A stretch of DNA of 51,886 nucleotides, counting the filler, from Candidatus Omnitrophota bacterium (GTDB lineage Bacteria > Omnitrophota > Gorgyraeia > Zapsychrales > JBDRMG01): the NCBI GenBank assembly GCA_043812495.1. It is 3 parts of 3 records of this genome, joined end to end, with 100 filler letters (N's around TTAATTAATTAA, not from the genome) between each part and the next. Parts side by side here need not be neighbours in the genome. Positions count along the whole stretch, not along the records: positions 1 to 18,958 come from JBDRMG010000059.1; 2 more parts are not named here. One strand, written 5' to 3'. Made by a program: the position numbers and the translations under genes. Position 1 is the stretch's first letter. Each line of letters begins with the position of its first letter. The notes below the pieces were generated by a model. It was not told the DNA's origin and did not search any database. It worked only from the letters and a program-made list of their open reading frames with translations. Shown one piece after another: positions 1 through 9,611 of this stretch.

Positions 1-460
<460 letters not shown>

Positions 461-602
461 ATTACTTGGCTCTAAAAATCACAAGCAAACTATTCCAAAG
501 AGCAATAAAAACGGACATCAACAGGATGCCCGGTATGGTAATCGTGTTTAATGGAATTCAATTGTCAAACAGGAAACAATTTTTCCTTCATAATGTTAAT
601 AG

Positions 603-631
603 AAAATAACAGATAAAGTATGCCTTGTCAA
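603..631 (-). promoter_or_regulatory. sigma70-type rRNA promoter
   Basis: Minus strand TTGACA-17 bp-TATTTT, preceded by an A-tract (UP-element-like), ~140 nt upstream of the 16S 5' end. Confidence 0.75.
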
Positions 632-713
632 GTATTTTTTTTATGTATCTGGGCTATGTATCTCTATATATACTAATATTTTTCGTTCTTAATGAAATAA
701 CGAGGGTTCCCAA

Positions 714-1631
714 TTATCCTTTGGAAAGCAAGCGGGCCAGATTGTCAAATAAAATAGCATTCTTGTGTTCTGAGGAAAGGCTTAGGTCGTCGAGGAAACT
801 GATTGATGAAGCCATATTTTGATTGGCGGGATAATCACTGGCCCACAAGACATGGTTGGCATCCACAACCTCCAGCATGCAGGATAATGCGCTTGGAGAT
901 TTAGAACCGCTGGTATCAAAGTATAAATTCTTAAAATATTCGCTTGGATTCTTCCCAATATCTTTAACCAAATCTCTTTTACGAAGCATCGTGTAAGTAT
1001 TGTCGAATCGCTCTCTTAGGAAAGGAAGCACGCCGCCGTAATGCGCAAAAATAAATTTCACATCAGGGTATTTCTGGAAAATCCCATTCATCATCATTTG
1101 ACCAATGGTCATCGTGACGTCGAAAACATATTCGAGAACCGGAGACAAAAGCGGATCGCTGATCCTCTCTTCTCCGATGGGGTGGATGATTTGCGGGTGC
1201 ACATGAACGGGCATGTTTTCCTTCTGGGCAAAAGCAAAAACAGGAAGAAATATTTCATCGTCTAGATATTTTCCCTCATAGCTTGAAGCAAGCGAGATGA
1301 CCTTCATTCCTAATTTCTTAATCCTAATCAATTCTCGAGGGATGGACGCGGGATGATCAACGGGAATAATGCCGGCTCCGATAAACCGCGAGCTGTACTT
1401 TGTTACAATATCGGCAATGCCTTGATTGTATATCTCACAAACATTGGCCCATCCGCCCATCTTTTTGTGCGCATCGGACGTAGGATACAAGAGTAAGGCC
1501 TTATCAATATGATGTTGATCCATCACCTCAAGCTGTCGCTCGGCATCCGACCAGTGAACCTTAAAAAACGTCGTATGCCTAGCTACTTCGGGAGGCATAT
1601 AATGACTCTGGGCGTCGAGGATTTTGGGCAT
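714..1631 (-). CDS. Amidohydrolase family 2 protein (ACMSD/aromatic decarboxylase-like)
   Basis: DAQSH (HxH variant), VHVHP, AHYGG and ASDYP motifs. Start moved to MPKILD at 1631. Confidence 0.85.
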   Translation of the reverse strand: MPKILDAQSHYMPPEVARHTTFFKVHWSDAERQLEVMDQHHIDKALLLYPTSDAHKKMGGWANVCEIYNQGIADIVTKYSSRFIGAGIIPVDHPASIPRELIRIKKLGMKVISLASSYEGKYLDDEIFLPVFAFAQKENMPVHVHPQIIHPIGEERISDPLLSPVLEYVFDVTMTIGQMMMNGIFQKYPDVKFIFAHYGGVLPFLRERFDNTYTMLRKRDLVKDIGKNPSEYFKNLYFDTSGSKSPSALSCMLEVVDANHVLWASDYPANQNMASSISFLDDLSLSSEHKNAILFDNLARLLSKG

Positions 1632-1738
1632 ATTTAGTGGCTCGTGTTCGTCGTTGTGATTCCTTGTGTATTTAGATACGCATCCTCGGAAAGTGACGAG
1701 AAATTCCACGCCACCACATTCAGTTTACTTAATCGCGA

Positions 1739-1903
1739 TCACCGTGTGGGTCTCTTATGAGAAATCGATATAAACTGACTGTCGCCAAGGATATCACTCC
1801 CAATGCAATACTTAGTTCCGGCCTGCCGAAAAAAAAGCGCATAAATTGCCAATCCGAATGAAAACGATGCAACTAGCATAAATGAAAACCATAGGATCCA
1901 CAT
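1739..1903 (-). CDS. Small hypothetical membrane protein
   Basis: GAGGG RBS before ATG at 1903 and one hydrophobic helix. Short, could be spurious. Confidence 0.35.
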   Translation of the reverse strand: MWILWFSFMLVASFSFGLAIYALFFRQAGTKYCIGSDILGDSQFISISHKRPTR

Positions 1904-1917
1904 ATTTCCCTCTGTCT

Positions 1918-2169
1918 TCAAAAATACCTGTATTTCACAAAAACGGTCACCCAAGCCGCTAATGCGCTAAACGCCGAAGCAATAGCTGATATCAGAGCAA
2001 TTACCCAAGCTCGACTTGCGTTTACACAAATATATCGTTGTTCTATTCTTTCAATTAAATTTTCATCATCCCTGCCTGCAGAATCTTCTATTTTACTTGC
2101 TGATACCCCTATCTTCTTTGCCAAATCTCTGAGCCTTCTCTTTCTCTCTTGTGTATTTTCTTCAGACAC
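1918..2169 (-). CDS. Hypothetical protein with C-terminal TM helix
   Basis: 83 aa, charged N-terminus, hydrophobic C-terminus (AWVIALISAIASAFSALAAW). Confidence 0.55.
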   Translation of the reverse strand: MSEENTQERKRRLRDLAKKIGVSASKIEDSAGRDDENLIERIEQRYICVNASRAWVIALISAIASAFSALAAWVTVFVKYRYF

Positions 2170-2343
2170 TTGAATAATTTTTCTTAGTTCCGATATAAAG
2201 AAATCCTTCTCCTTTTTTTATAGAAAAAACCGAATTTCTGGAAACACATACTTCTTTTTTTATCTTCTACATAAAATTTATCCCACCATCCCCATGCCTA
2301 ATCCCCATAAAACCCGATTTTTCCTTTCGGTTTCTCGGGCTTT

Positions 2344-2375
2344 GGGCGATTTTGGCCGTAGGGCCAAAATCGCCC
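2344..2375. terminator. Perfect 14-bp hairpin (terminator or REP-like palindrome)
   Basis: GGGCGATTTTGGCC-GTAG-GGCCAAAATCGCCC just downstream of 2387-2563. The T-tract is on the + strand only. Confidence 0.5.
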
Positions 2376-2386
2376 TTTTCCACTCG

Positions 2387-2563
2387 TTATTTAATTCGAA
2401 ACGGTACGTTAACCGCTAAAAGTTTCTTCTCTTTCGCGTAGGCCTCGCGGTCAAAGGGAATCTGCTTCAAATTGAATTCTACAAACTCAAGATATTCATC
2501 CATCGAAAGAGGCTTGGGCTCTTTCATCGCTTTCTTTATAATCGGTAAGTTAAGGTCTTTCAT
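2387..2563 (-). CDS. Small hypothetical protein coupled to the nucleotidyltransferase
   Basis: ATGA overlap with the upstream stop at 2560-2563; 58 aa. Confidence 0.6.
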   Translation of the reverse strand: MKDLNLPIIKKAMKEPKPLSMDEYLEFVEFNLKQIPFDREAYAKEKKLLAVNVPFRIK

Positions 2564-3099
2564 TTGATCGCCTCGCAAATTTTTTGGTAGAGACCTTCTG
2601 TGCCATACTTAAGGCATAAATCTTTAAATTCTTTGCTCTCAACGTTTACTTCGTTCTTTCTGATTAAACTTACAATATCCGGCAAATCTTTAAGCAAGCG
2701 CAATTTCTCATTATTCTTAATGGAATGCAATTTCAAAGCGATTAAATGATTAAGCGAAGGCACAAGGAATTTCTGCCCGGCAATAGTTAATGGCTGAGCC
2801 TTTTTGATAATTTTATCCAACGTTGACCGGTCGACGAACATAAAATCAATATTGCGCAGCGATAGCCGAGCGCTTTCAAGCTGGGTGAAATTTTCCTGGA
2901 CCGAGGATTGTCGATATCCTGCATCCTTCAGGGCGCTTTGAACCTTTTCGAAATCTTCTTTCACGATCAAGAAATCAACGTCAACTGTCTGCCGAGTTAC
3001 CTTATAATGATTAACGGCAAAACCGCCAATCAAAACACAAGCGACATTTTTCTGATGCGTAATCTTACGGATAAGATGAAAAACCGACTGCTCATTCAT
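2560..3099 (-). CDS. Nucleotidyltransferase (Pol-beta fold, AbiEii/DUF6036-like)
   Basis: IGGFAV..R.T.DVDF motif, LIALKL and terminal KD..D. Confidence 0.8.
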   Translation of the reverse strand: MNEQSVFHLIRKITHQKNVACVLIGGFAVNHYKVTRQTVDVDFLIVKEDFEKVQSALKDAGYRQSSVQENFTQLESARLSLRNIDFMFVDRSTLDKIIKKAQPLTIAGQKFLVPSLNHLIALKLHSIKNNEKLRLLKDLPDIVSLIRKNEVNVESKEFKDLCLKYGTEGLYQKICEAIK

Positions 3100-3249
3100 A
3101 TCTTTCCTCTAAAATGCCAAAACGATTTTTTGCTGTGCGCAAAATATAATCTAAAAAAGATTCCGCGTCGCTTCGCGCCGCGGAATTAAAGACGGCTAAT
3201 GGTTTTGTCGCTTTGATGTTTGTCCTTTTTAACAAAACCATAAGCCGCC

Positions 3250-3483
3250 CTAAAGCATGCGGTTTTCTTTGAGAACATTTTCCACTTCGCTGATGGCACT
3301 CTTCAATTGCTCAAGAAGGTGAATATTGATGGAAATGCCCTTGGCTGTGGCGACCATTTCATCTGACCCCTGAGTCATGGTCCAGGTCCTAATATCAATC
3401 AAGTCATTTCCCTTGTACTCACGAATGCCTACGCGAATCTCCTGGAATTTGTTCTTTTTGAATGTCTTGATGGTCTTGTCCAT
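3250..3483 (-). CDS. PC4/YdbC-family ssDNA-binding protein
   Basis: EIRVGIREYKG...IDIRTW...KGISI pattern; GGAG RBS. Confidence 0.85.
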   Translation of the reverse strand: MDKTIKTFKKNKFQEIRVGIREYKGNDLIDIRTWTMTQGSDEMVATAKGISINIHLLEQLKSAISEVENVLKENRML

Positions 3484-3506
3484 AGGCTCGCTCCTTACTT
3501 TGCGCT

Positions 3507-3884
3507 TTAAAAGTTTCGTATGATATTGGCCATGATCGCTCGGGCTAAATTGACGTTGGGAATGAGATTCCTGCGAGCGGCCACGCGAATATCAATGGTC
3601 TTTTCCGTTAATTTAGAAATGGTGACTTTGACATCATGATCGTTGACGGTCGCTTTAATTTCACCGAGCTTTTGATAATTTTCATCAACTTCTCCGATTT
3701 TTTTCAGTTGCGCATTGGCGACTTTCCATGCGTGGTTGAAATCCGTATCAATGGACGTGGTGGCATAATCGCTTGTGACGGCAACAACGCTGGCGGCCGT
3801 TACTCCGCCGACCACAACGGCCGTAGCGCAACCGCTTAAACCGATACTAACCACTGCTATAAAAATGAGAAAACGCGTCATCAT
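3507..3884 (-). CDS. Lipoprotein, DUF3568-like
   Basis: Signal peptide with lipobox LSGC, Gly/Ala/Val-rich segment, small alpha/beta domain. Confidence 0.7.
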   Translation of the reverse strand: MMTRFLIFIAVVSIGLSGCATAVVVGGVTAASVVAVTSDYATTSIDTDFNHAWKVANAQLKKIGEVDENYQKLGEIKATVNDHDVKVTISKLTEKTIDIRVAARRNLIPNVNLARAIMANIIRNF

Positions 3885-3888
3885 GATT

Positions 3889-4662
3889 TTATTTCGCTTG
3901 TTTTTGTTGATAGTCAATGACAGGCTTTGTCCAAGGTGTCTGTTGATTGATCACCGCCAACTCTAGCGGACAAGCATTCGCCGGAACCGACAAAGCAAAC
4001 ATCACCATATCCACAACCGTTTCCGGCTTCATGAGTCTTTCCATCTGTTCTTGCGTGATGTCTTTGAGTTTTCCGGTCAATTCCGTATCCACAACACCCG
4101 GCAAAATCGATGTCACCTTAATCCCATGGTCTCTCATTTCCCAGAATAAACCTTTTAAGAACGCGCGCAAGCCGACTTTCAGCGAACTGTAAGTAATAAA
4201 ATTTTTCGGCAAAGGATCGCACAAAGTCGAGCCGGAAACCATATTAATAATCGCACCGCTTTTTCGCTCAATCATATGCGGGATCACCAACCGAATCAAT
4301 CGCACATATCCTAAATAATTTGTGTGCGCCAAGCGCTCGATATCTTCGAGCGGCTGTTTTTCAAAGGGATATTGACTGGAGACACCTGCATTATTGATCA
4401 GAATATCGATGGTTTTAAATTCCTTGAGCGCTGTTTCGGTGAGTTTTTGTAAATCTTCTAACTTGCTCACATCTGTCGGTAAGCCAATCACCTTGACCGA
4501 ATACTTGTTCTTAATCTCTTTTACGGCCTGATCCAATGTATCTTTTGTCCGCGCAGCCAAAATGATGTTTGCGCCATGCTCCGCCAGCTTCATGGCAATC
4601 GCTTTTCCGATGCCTTTGCTGGCTCCCGTGATAATCGCGTTTTTTCCTTTAAGATGGGACAT
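3889..4662 (-). CDS. SDR family oxidoreductase (possible ketoreductase)
   Basis: TGASKGIG, NNAG, YSSLK (YxxxK), PGVVDT. Confidence 0.92.
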   Translation of the reverse strand: MSHLKGKNAIITGASKGIGKAIAMKLAEHGANIILAARTKDTLDQAVKEIKNKYSVKVIGLPTDVSKLEDLQKLTETALKEFKTIDILINNAGVSSQYPFEKQPLEDIERLAHTNYLGYVRLIRLVIPHMIERKSGAIINMVSGSTLCDPLPKNFITYSSLKVGLRAFLKGLFWEMRDHGIKVTSILPGVVDTELTGKLKDITQEQMERLMKPETVVDMVMFALSVPANACPLELAVINQQTPWTKPVIDYQQKQAK

Positions 4663-4675
4663 CCAACCCTCCGTT

Positions 4676-4765
4676 CAATGAGCACACAAGTTACGTGACC
4701 GTAAGGGAACGTAACTTATCGGTGCGAATTGACCCAGCCCACCATTGATTCAGTGGCGGGCTGGG
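4676..4765 (+). repeat. Structured palindromic repeat, family A, copy 1
   Basis: AATGA-GCAC..AAGTTACG-TGACCGTAAGGGAA-CGTAACTT..GTGC-GAATTGACC, then hairpin CCCAGCCC..GGGCTGGG. Same architecture as 18229-18332 and 19245-19389. Confidence 0.7.
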
Positions 4766-4792
4766 ATAGAACAAATACAATTTAATACTTCC

Positions 4793-5938
4793 TTAATTTG
4801 TTTTAGTCAAAGTTTCCGGAATCACCTTCTTCGCAAAAAACGACAACGTCAGCATCAGAAGACCGATTCCCAGGAAAGTTAATTGAAAGTTCTTCTCAAC
4901 AAAAAGGCCGGCCAAAAAGAATCCGATGCCTCCGCTTAAAAATCGTATAGACGAATTCAGACTGGCGATTTCGGGACGGTATTCATCCGAAAAATCCGTT
5001 AGGACCGTTGACACACCGTTATGGCCAATGGTCCATCCGATAGAAAAAACAATCAAAATAACAGATAAAACCGCCAAAGGAAATACACCGGATAAAAGCA
5101 TTGTCGCCGCAGCCAATAACATGATCCCCAAATAACACGCCTTGACGCGTCCTTTTTTATCGGCCATGTAACCTCCGATATTTTGCCCCATGGCCCCTCC
5201 GATCGTCATGAGAAGAAATAGAAAGCTGATCGTCCATTGATCAAAATGATAAATGCGGCTCAGGTATACACCTAGCCATTTATGAATACCATGATAAAAT
5301 AAACTGATCGCAAAAATAAAGAGAAAGACATTGCGGACCGTCTCGTTTCTGATGACCTTCCCATAGTCGATGCTTCGGCCATGCTTTATTTTTATAGTTT
5401 CAAATTTAAAAAAGAATGTCAGCAGGGTAATCATGGCCGCAAGCAAAGCAGGAATCAAGAATAACCACCGCCAATTGGCTAAACCGCTTAAAAGAATACC
5501 AGCCAATGAGGAAACAAAAGCGCTGCTGAATAATATTCCGACCAAACGGCCTCTAACCTCTTTTTCAAAAGTCCTGCCTATAAGAATGAGCCCCAGGGGA
5601 ATTATGCTCCCACCGGATAGGCCCATTATAACTCTTGAACACAGGAATTGTCCAAGGGAATTCACAAAGGCACAATTCAGGCTGGAAAGGGCAAAAATGG
5701 CCATGGAACCCCCGACTATTTTACGGAAAATTATTTTCTCAGCTAATGGCGCGTACATAAGCGCACCTAACCCATAGGGAATCATATAGTAAGGTAGAAT
5801 TTTTGAGACTTGAATATCGGAAAGATTCAAATCGAGGCTGATCGTCGGAATAGCCGCGGCGATGGCCGCCACGTTAAACGAAATCGTAACGCTGCCTAAA
5901 CATAGTAATATAAATATTAATCTTTTTTCTTTAATCAC
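4793..5938 (-). CDS. MFS transporter (DHA1-like exporter)
   Basis: About 12 hydrophobic segments, GYMADKKGR motif A-like, NWRWLF. Confidence 0.9.
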   Translation of the reverse strand: MIKEKRLIFILLCLGSVTISFNVAAIAAAIPTISLDLNLSDIQVSKILPYYMIPYGLGALMYAPLAEKIIFRKIVGGSMAIFALSSLNCAFVNSLGQFLCSRVIMGLSGGSIIPLGLILIGRTFEKEVRGRLVGILFSSAFVSSLAGILLSGLANWRWLFLIPALLAAMITLLTFFFKFETIKIKHGRSIDYGKVIRNETVRNVFLFIFAISLFYHGIHKWLGVYLSRIYHFDQWTISFLFLLMTIGGAMGQNIGGYMADKKGRVKACYLGIMLLAAATMLLSGVFPLAVLSVILIVFSIGWTIGHNGVSTVLTDFSDEYRPEIASLNSSIRFLSGGIGFFLAGLFVEKNFQLTFLGIGLLMLTLSFFAKKVIPETLTKTN

Positions 5939-6019
5939 AAATTACAATTTTAAGAAATTTTAATATTAAGATTAATATATATATTACTTCTAATCGGCTT
6001 CTTTTTCAATAACCTTTTT

Positions 6020-6151
6020 GCCGACATTTTCTTGGTGCATTTTTGTGGAAGTCGGCATCTCCCGACGCTTGATAAGACTTGGTCGGGATGCCGACTGAGC
6101 TACAAACGAGCGTCGGCACCGACCCCCGACTTTCAGTCGGGGCATCGGGAC
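6020..6151. repeat. Nested CCGAC/GTCGG palindromic element overlapping the cyclase 3' end
   Basis: GTCGGCATC..GATGCCGAC and CCCCGAC-TTTCA-GTCGGGG hairpins. GCCGAC-N18/19-RTGGAAGTCGGCA is shared with 7071-7107. Confidence 0.6.
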
Positions 6152-6594
6152 ATGTCAGATTCCTTTTCAATAACTTTCTTGAAAATCTTGAGATTGTCTT
6201 GCGAATGCTTGTTGATAAATCCCACAATTTGCTCATCAGTGAATTTTTTAAACTTGGGATCCATCTCGAAGTCCTGTATCCACGTCATTAAAATTCCGTC
6301 TTCTACGAGCGTATAAAGCCATATGATTTTCATATATTTAAAAGGAAATGTCGGCTCGTTTTTTTGCGCGTAGGCCAGCATGTTTTCTTTAAAAAGCATG
6401 CGATGCGATGTCCACGAATTTCCTTCATTATCCGTGAGGCGAAAATCGATGCGCCTGCCTTCTTTCTTGAGAACCTCGGCTTTAACGTACTCATCGCCGA
6501 ATAATTCGGTCCATCGTTCGATGTGATTAGATGTGTCATAAACATTATCGTAAGGCGCGTTAATAATTATTGAGTTTCTTGTATGGCCCATCAT
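6133..6594 (-). CDS. SRPBCC/START-fold polyketide aromatase/cyclase (TcmN-like, monodomain)
   Basis: GHTRNSIIINAP...W.ELF..EY...FRLT...SWTSHR...WIQDF, the pattern of type II PKS aromatases. Confidence 0.9.
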   Translation of the reverse strand: MMGHTRNSIIINAPYDNVYDTSNHIERWTELFGDEYVKAEVLKKEGRRIDFRLTDNEGNSWTSHRMLFKENMLAYAQKNEPTFPFKYMKIIWLYTLVEDGILMTWIQDFEMDPKFKKFTDEQIVGFINKHSQDNLKIFKKVIEKESDMSRCPD

Positions 6595-6623
6595 ATCCCT
6601 CCTGTTCTATTTTTTATTTAGAG

Positions 6624-7031
6624 TCACTCTTCTTTAACGACCTTTATTGTGCAATCTATTAAATATGAATAACTAAGTATGATCCCACCTGAAATTTGCA
6701 ACATGATCATTATCATTCGAAAATAGTTCAGCGTTGACATGTAAGCAACGAGTGGGTAAGCCTTAATATACATGGATGACATTTCGTATAATTGTTTTTC
6801 ATAATTCGTTCTTAATTTATTTTCTAGACCGTCAAGGACACTTTGATTGGCAATATTTTCATTATTTATTTGTATAAGGGAAGGAAATATTCTCTCAATT
6901 TTTTTCTTTGTGTTAGATGCTAAATAAAATTGCACAAGTAATGGTATGATCAGCAACGATCCACCTAAAATTTTCATTATTGGAATCATTTTATTCAATG
7001 ATTCTATGTATTTTCCATGCTTTTCATCCAT
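6624..7031 (-). CDS. Hypothetical AT-rich membrane protein
   Basis: GAGGAGG RBS, two hydrophobic segments, visibly lower GC than neighbours. Confidence 0.65.
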   Translation of the reverse strand: MDEKHGKYIESLNKMIPIMKILGGSLLIIPLLVQFYLASNTKKKIERIFPSLIQINNENIANQSVLDGLENKLRTNYEKQLYEMSSMYIKAYPLVAYMSTLNYFRMIMIMLQISGGIILSYSYLIDCTIKVVKEE

Positions 7032-7153
7032 CTAAATCCTCCTCGCACAAATAACTGCAACCACTCAACCGCCGACTGTCCTTTAATTTATATTATGGAA
7101 GTCGGCACTCCCTCGCTCGACTTTGTCGAGCTCGGTCGCCACCCAGCCCCTGT

Positions 7154-7957
7154 TTATTCTATAATTGCTACTACCCTCGCCCAGCCAGCTCCTGCATTCT
7201 TAACCTTAACTGGCAGGCATGAAACTTTAAAACCAAACGGCTTGGGAATGGCACCGAGATTACCTATTCTCTCCATGTGCGCAAATTCGCGCTTGCGGCC
7301 CAAAAAATGTGACGGCCATATTTTGGATTTATCGCGTGTGGCCAAAAATTCTTTGAACATATCAAAGCATGGGCGGTCCAAGCCGATGGTATCAACCCCC
7401 AACATTTTTACACCTTGATCCAGAATATATTCAACCGCATCCGGCATCATGCCGACGTATTTGTTGACATAATCGTCGGTTCCCAAAAGTTTATCACCAC
7501 CCGTATAAATCAAAACGATGTCCATGGGTTTGAGCGTATAGCGGATAGCGGATAGCGCTTTAATGACATCGCCTTTTTTGATCACATCCGGATACTTCAT
7601 GTGGGTAAAATTCAAAACCACACCGTCGCCTACGCACCATTCAAGTGGAAGGTCTTCGATGCGTTTACTGGGCTTTCCTTCGGATTGGCTGCCGTAATGA
7701 TACGGGGCGTCGACATGCGAACCCATATGAACCGAGGAATGCACAATTTCAAGGGCCAGCATTTCTCCGTCGGGAATTTCTTCGGGTTTGACAATTCGTT
7801 CGCCTTTTTCGAATCGTTCCAGTCCACCGGGTTGATTTTTCATGACCACCCAGTTGAAATGCTCAACGCCATCGGCATGAGATATTCGATCGATCTTGGC
7901 CGCATGGGTTTCTTTTAGAGTATCGTCGATTGGTAAGCTTAGGTCTATTATTTTCAT
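7154..7957 (-). CDS. Cyclase family protein (kynurenine formamidase-like fold, polyketide ring cyclase type)
   Basis: IIDLS N-terminus, HMGSHVDAPYH metal motif, GVDT, HMER, GWARVVA. Confidence 0.9.
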   Translation of the reverse strand: MKIIDLSLPIDDTLKETHAAKIDRISHADGVEHFNWVVMKNQPGGLERFEKGERIVKPEEIPDGEMLALEIVHSSVHMGSHVDAPYHYGSQSEGKPSKRIEDLPLEWCVGDGVVLNFTHMKYPDVIKKGDVIKALSAIRYTLKPMDIVLIYTGGDKLLGTDDYVNKYVGMMPDAVEYILDQGVKMLGVDTIGLDRPCFDMFKEFLATRDKSKIWPSHFLGRKREFAHMERIGNLGAIPKPFGFKVSCLPVKVKNAGAGWARVVAIIE

Positions 7958-7963
7958 TTTCAA

Positions 7964-8046
7964 GCTTTCAGCTATCAGACATCAGCTTTCAGCAGGTATC
8001 AGCTTTCTTTATTTCTTTCTTATAGCTGACAGCTGAGGACTGAGGG
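7964..8046. repeat. Heptamer tandem repeats with inverted counterpart
   Basis: AGCTTTC-AGCTATC-AGACATC-AGCTTTC, then GCTGACA-GCTGAGG-ACTGAGG. Confidence 0.7.
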
Positions 8047-8047
8047 C

Positions 8048-8284
8048 TTAATTGGCTCCATTTGATTTTAAGAATTCAATAATCTCATTGAGGGATTGCG
8101 TCTTCTTGATATCACTACTTGCCATATCCAAGCCGAATTCTTTTTTAATCGCAACGGCAATCTCGACCATTTCCGTTGAATCGATCCCTAAAGATTGATC
8201 AAGTTTTTCCGCCAGCTTGATTTCTTCGGGCTTAATATCCAAAACATTCTTGAATACCCCTTTGACTTTTTCTTCGATGCTCAC
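8048..8284 (-). CDS. Acyl carrier protein
   Basis: 78 aa, LGIDSTEMVE phosphopantetheine site, directly after KS-CLF. Confidence 0.95.
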   Translation of the reverse strand: MSIEEKVKGVFKNVLDIKPEEIKLAEKLDQSLGIDSTEMVEIAVAIKKEFGLDMASSDIKKTQSLNEIIEFLKSNGAN

Positions 8285-8307
8285 GTTTAACCACCCTTTC
8301 TAAGAAT

Positions 8308-8377
8308 TGTGTCACGTGTTATGTGTTAAGTGTTAGGTTAAAGCGCTTGACACTTAAAACTTGAAACTTAAAACTTG
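8308..8377. repeat. Heptamer tandem repeats with inverted counterpart
   Basis: GTGTCAC-GTGTTAT-GTGTTAA-GTGTTAG, then CTTGACA-CTTAAAA-CTTGAAA-CTTAAAA. Confidence 0.7.
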
Positions 8378-8378
8378 T

Positions 8379-9611
8379 TTATGCCTTCTCAAGGACCATC
8401 GCGCAATTGATTCCGCCGCGTCCGCGATTAATCACAAGCGCTCTGTTGATTTCCTTCACTTGGGCTTTATTCGGACAATAATCTAAATCGCATTCCGGAT
8501 CCGGATGTTCATAGTTAATCGTCGGCGGAACTAATCCATGTTCCATCGCTAATAATGTAATGATAATATCCACGACACCCGATGCCCCTAAAAGATTTCC
8601 GAACATGGATTTAGGTGCCGATACTGGAATCTTTTTTGCACGATCGCCGAAAACCTGCTTAATCGCCTTGGTCTCCGAGGCATCACCGATCACTGTGGCT
8701 ACGCCATCCGCGCAAATATAATCGATTTGCGCCGGAGCAATTTCTGCATCGTCCAAAGCCATTTGTATGGCGCGCGCCAGTTCTTTTCCATCATGAGCCG
8801 GTTCAATACGATCAACTGCATCTGTTGTTGTCCCGTACCCGGCGACATATCCATAGATCTTGGGATTACGCTCTTTGATCCTCTGTTCATTTTCCAAAAT
8901 TAACATGCCTGATCCTTCGGCAATCGGAAATCCATCGTGTGTTTTGTCAAACGGACGATACGCTTTATCCGGTTCATCATTATTTTTAGTTAAAACTCCG
9001 GACGTATTGCAGCACAAAAGCGCATAGGGTGTTACGGGCGCTTCCATGCCGCCGGCAATAATAAAATCATCTTTTCCATTAATCAATGTTTTGGAGCCAT
9101 AGGCGATCGCCATGAGAGAACTTGCGCGGTCCGAAACAACCGTCTTGCTGTATCCTTTGATTCCGTAATGAATGGAAACCTGTCCTTGCGGCGCGGCCGG
9201 AAACCAGGCCGAGGCCATAAAGGGACTAACGCCCTCTCGGCCTTCGAGATAAAGATCGCGTAATTCTGTTTCGGCATACAACCATCCGCCGATGGCATTG
9301 CCCATAAAAATGCCGCAGCGTTTTAAATTTTCTTTGGATAAATCCAAATTCGCATCTTTAATGGCCAATTCACTTGCCACAAGCGCCAGATGAGAAAACA
9401 CGTCAATCTTTTTCAAAAGTCTCGACGAGACATGGCTGTAGGCGTCCAGTTCCTTGACTTGCCCGGCTATTCGCGATGGGTAGAGGGATGCATCAAATCG
9501 CTCAATTTTGCTCACGACCGAGTGCCCGGCTTTGATATTGGCCCAGAAAACACGTTTGTCAATTCCGCTTGGATTAACGGTTCCGATTCCTGTAATGGCT
9601 ACTCTTTTCAT
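8379..9611 (-). CDS. Type II PKS chain length factor (KSbeta)
   Basis: KS fold with CLF hallmarks VSPFMASAWFPAAPQGQVSI, ADGVAT (no His), PKSMFG, RGRGG. The catalytic Cys position reads SDRASS. Confidence 0.9.
   Translation of the reverse strand: MKRVAITGIGTVNPSGIDKRVFWANIKAGHSVVSKIERFDASLYPSRIAGQVKELDAYSHVSSRLLKKIDVFSHLALVASELAIKDANLDLSKENLKRCGIFMGNAIGGWLYAETELRDLYLEGREGVSPFMASAWFPAAPQGQVSIHYGIKGYSKTVVSDRASSLMAIAYGSKTLINGKDDFIIAGGMEAPVTPYALLCCNTSGVLTKNNDEPDKAYRPFDKTHDGFPIAEGSGMLILENEQRIKERNPKIYGYVAGYGTTTDAVDRIEPAHDGKELARAIQMALDDAEIAPAQIDYICADGVATVIGDASETKAIKQVFGDRAKKIPVSAPKSMFGNLLGASGVVDIIITLLAMEHGLVPPTINYEHPDPECDLDYCPNKAQVKEINRALVINRGRGGINCAMVLEKA

Noticed and set aside
6006..6316. Overlapping short ORFs at the aromatase 3' end
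   Set aside because: They arise from the GC-rich palindromic element or are antisense to the aromatase.
7964..8377. Short tandem repeats as a CRISPR array
   Set aside because: Units are 7 nt with no unique spacers, and there are no cas genes in the window.
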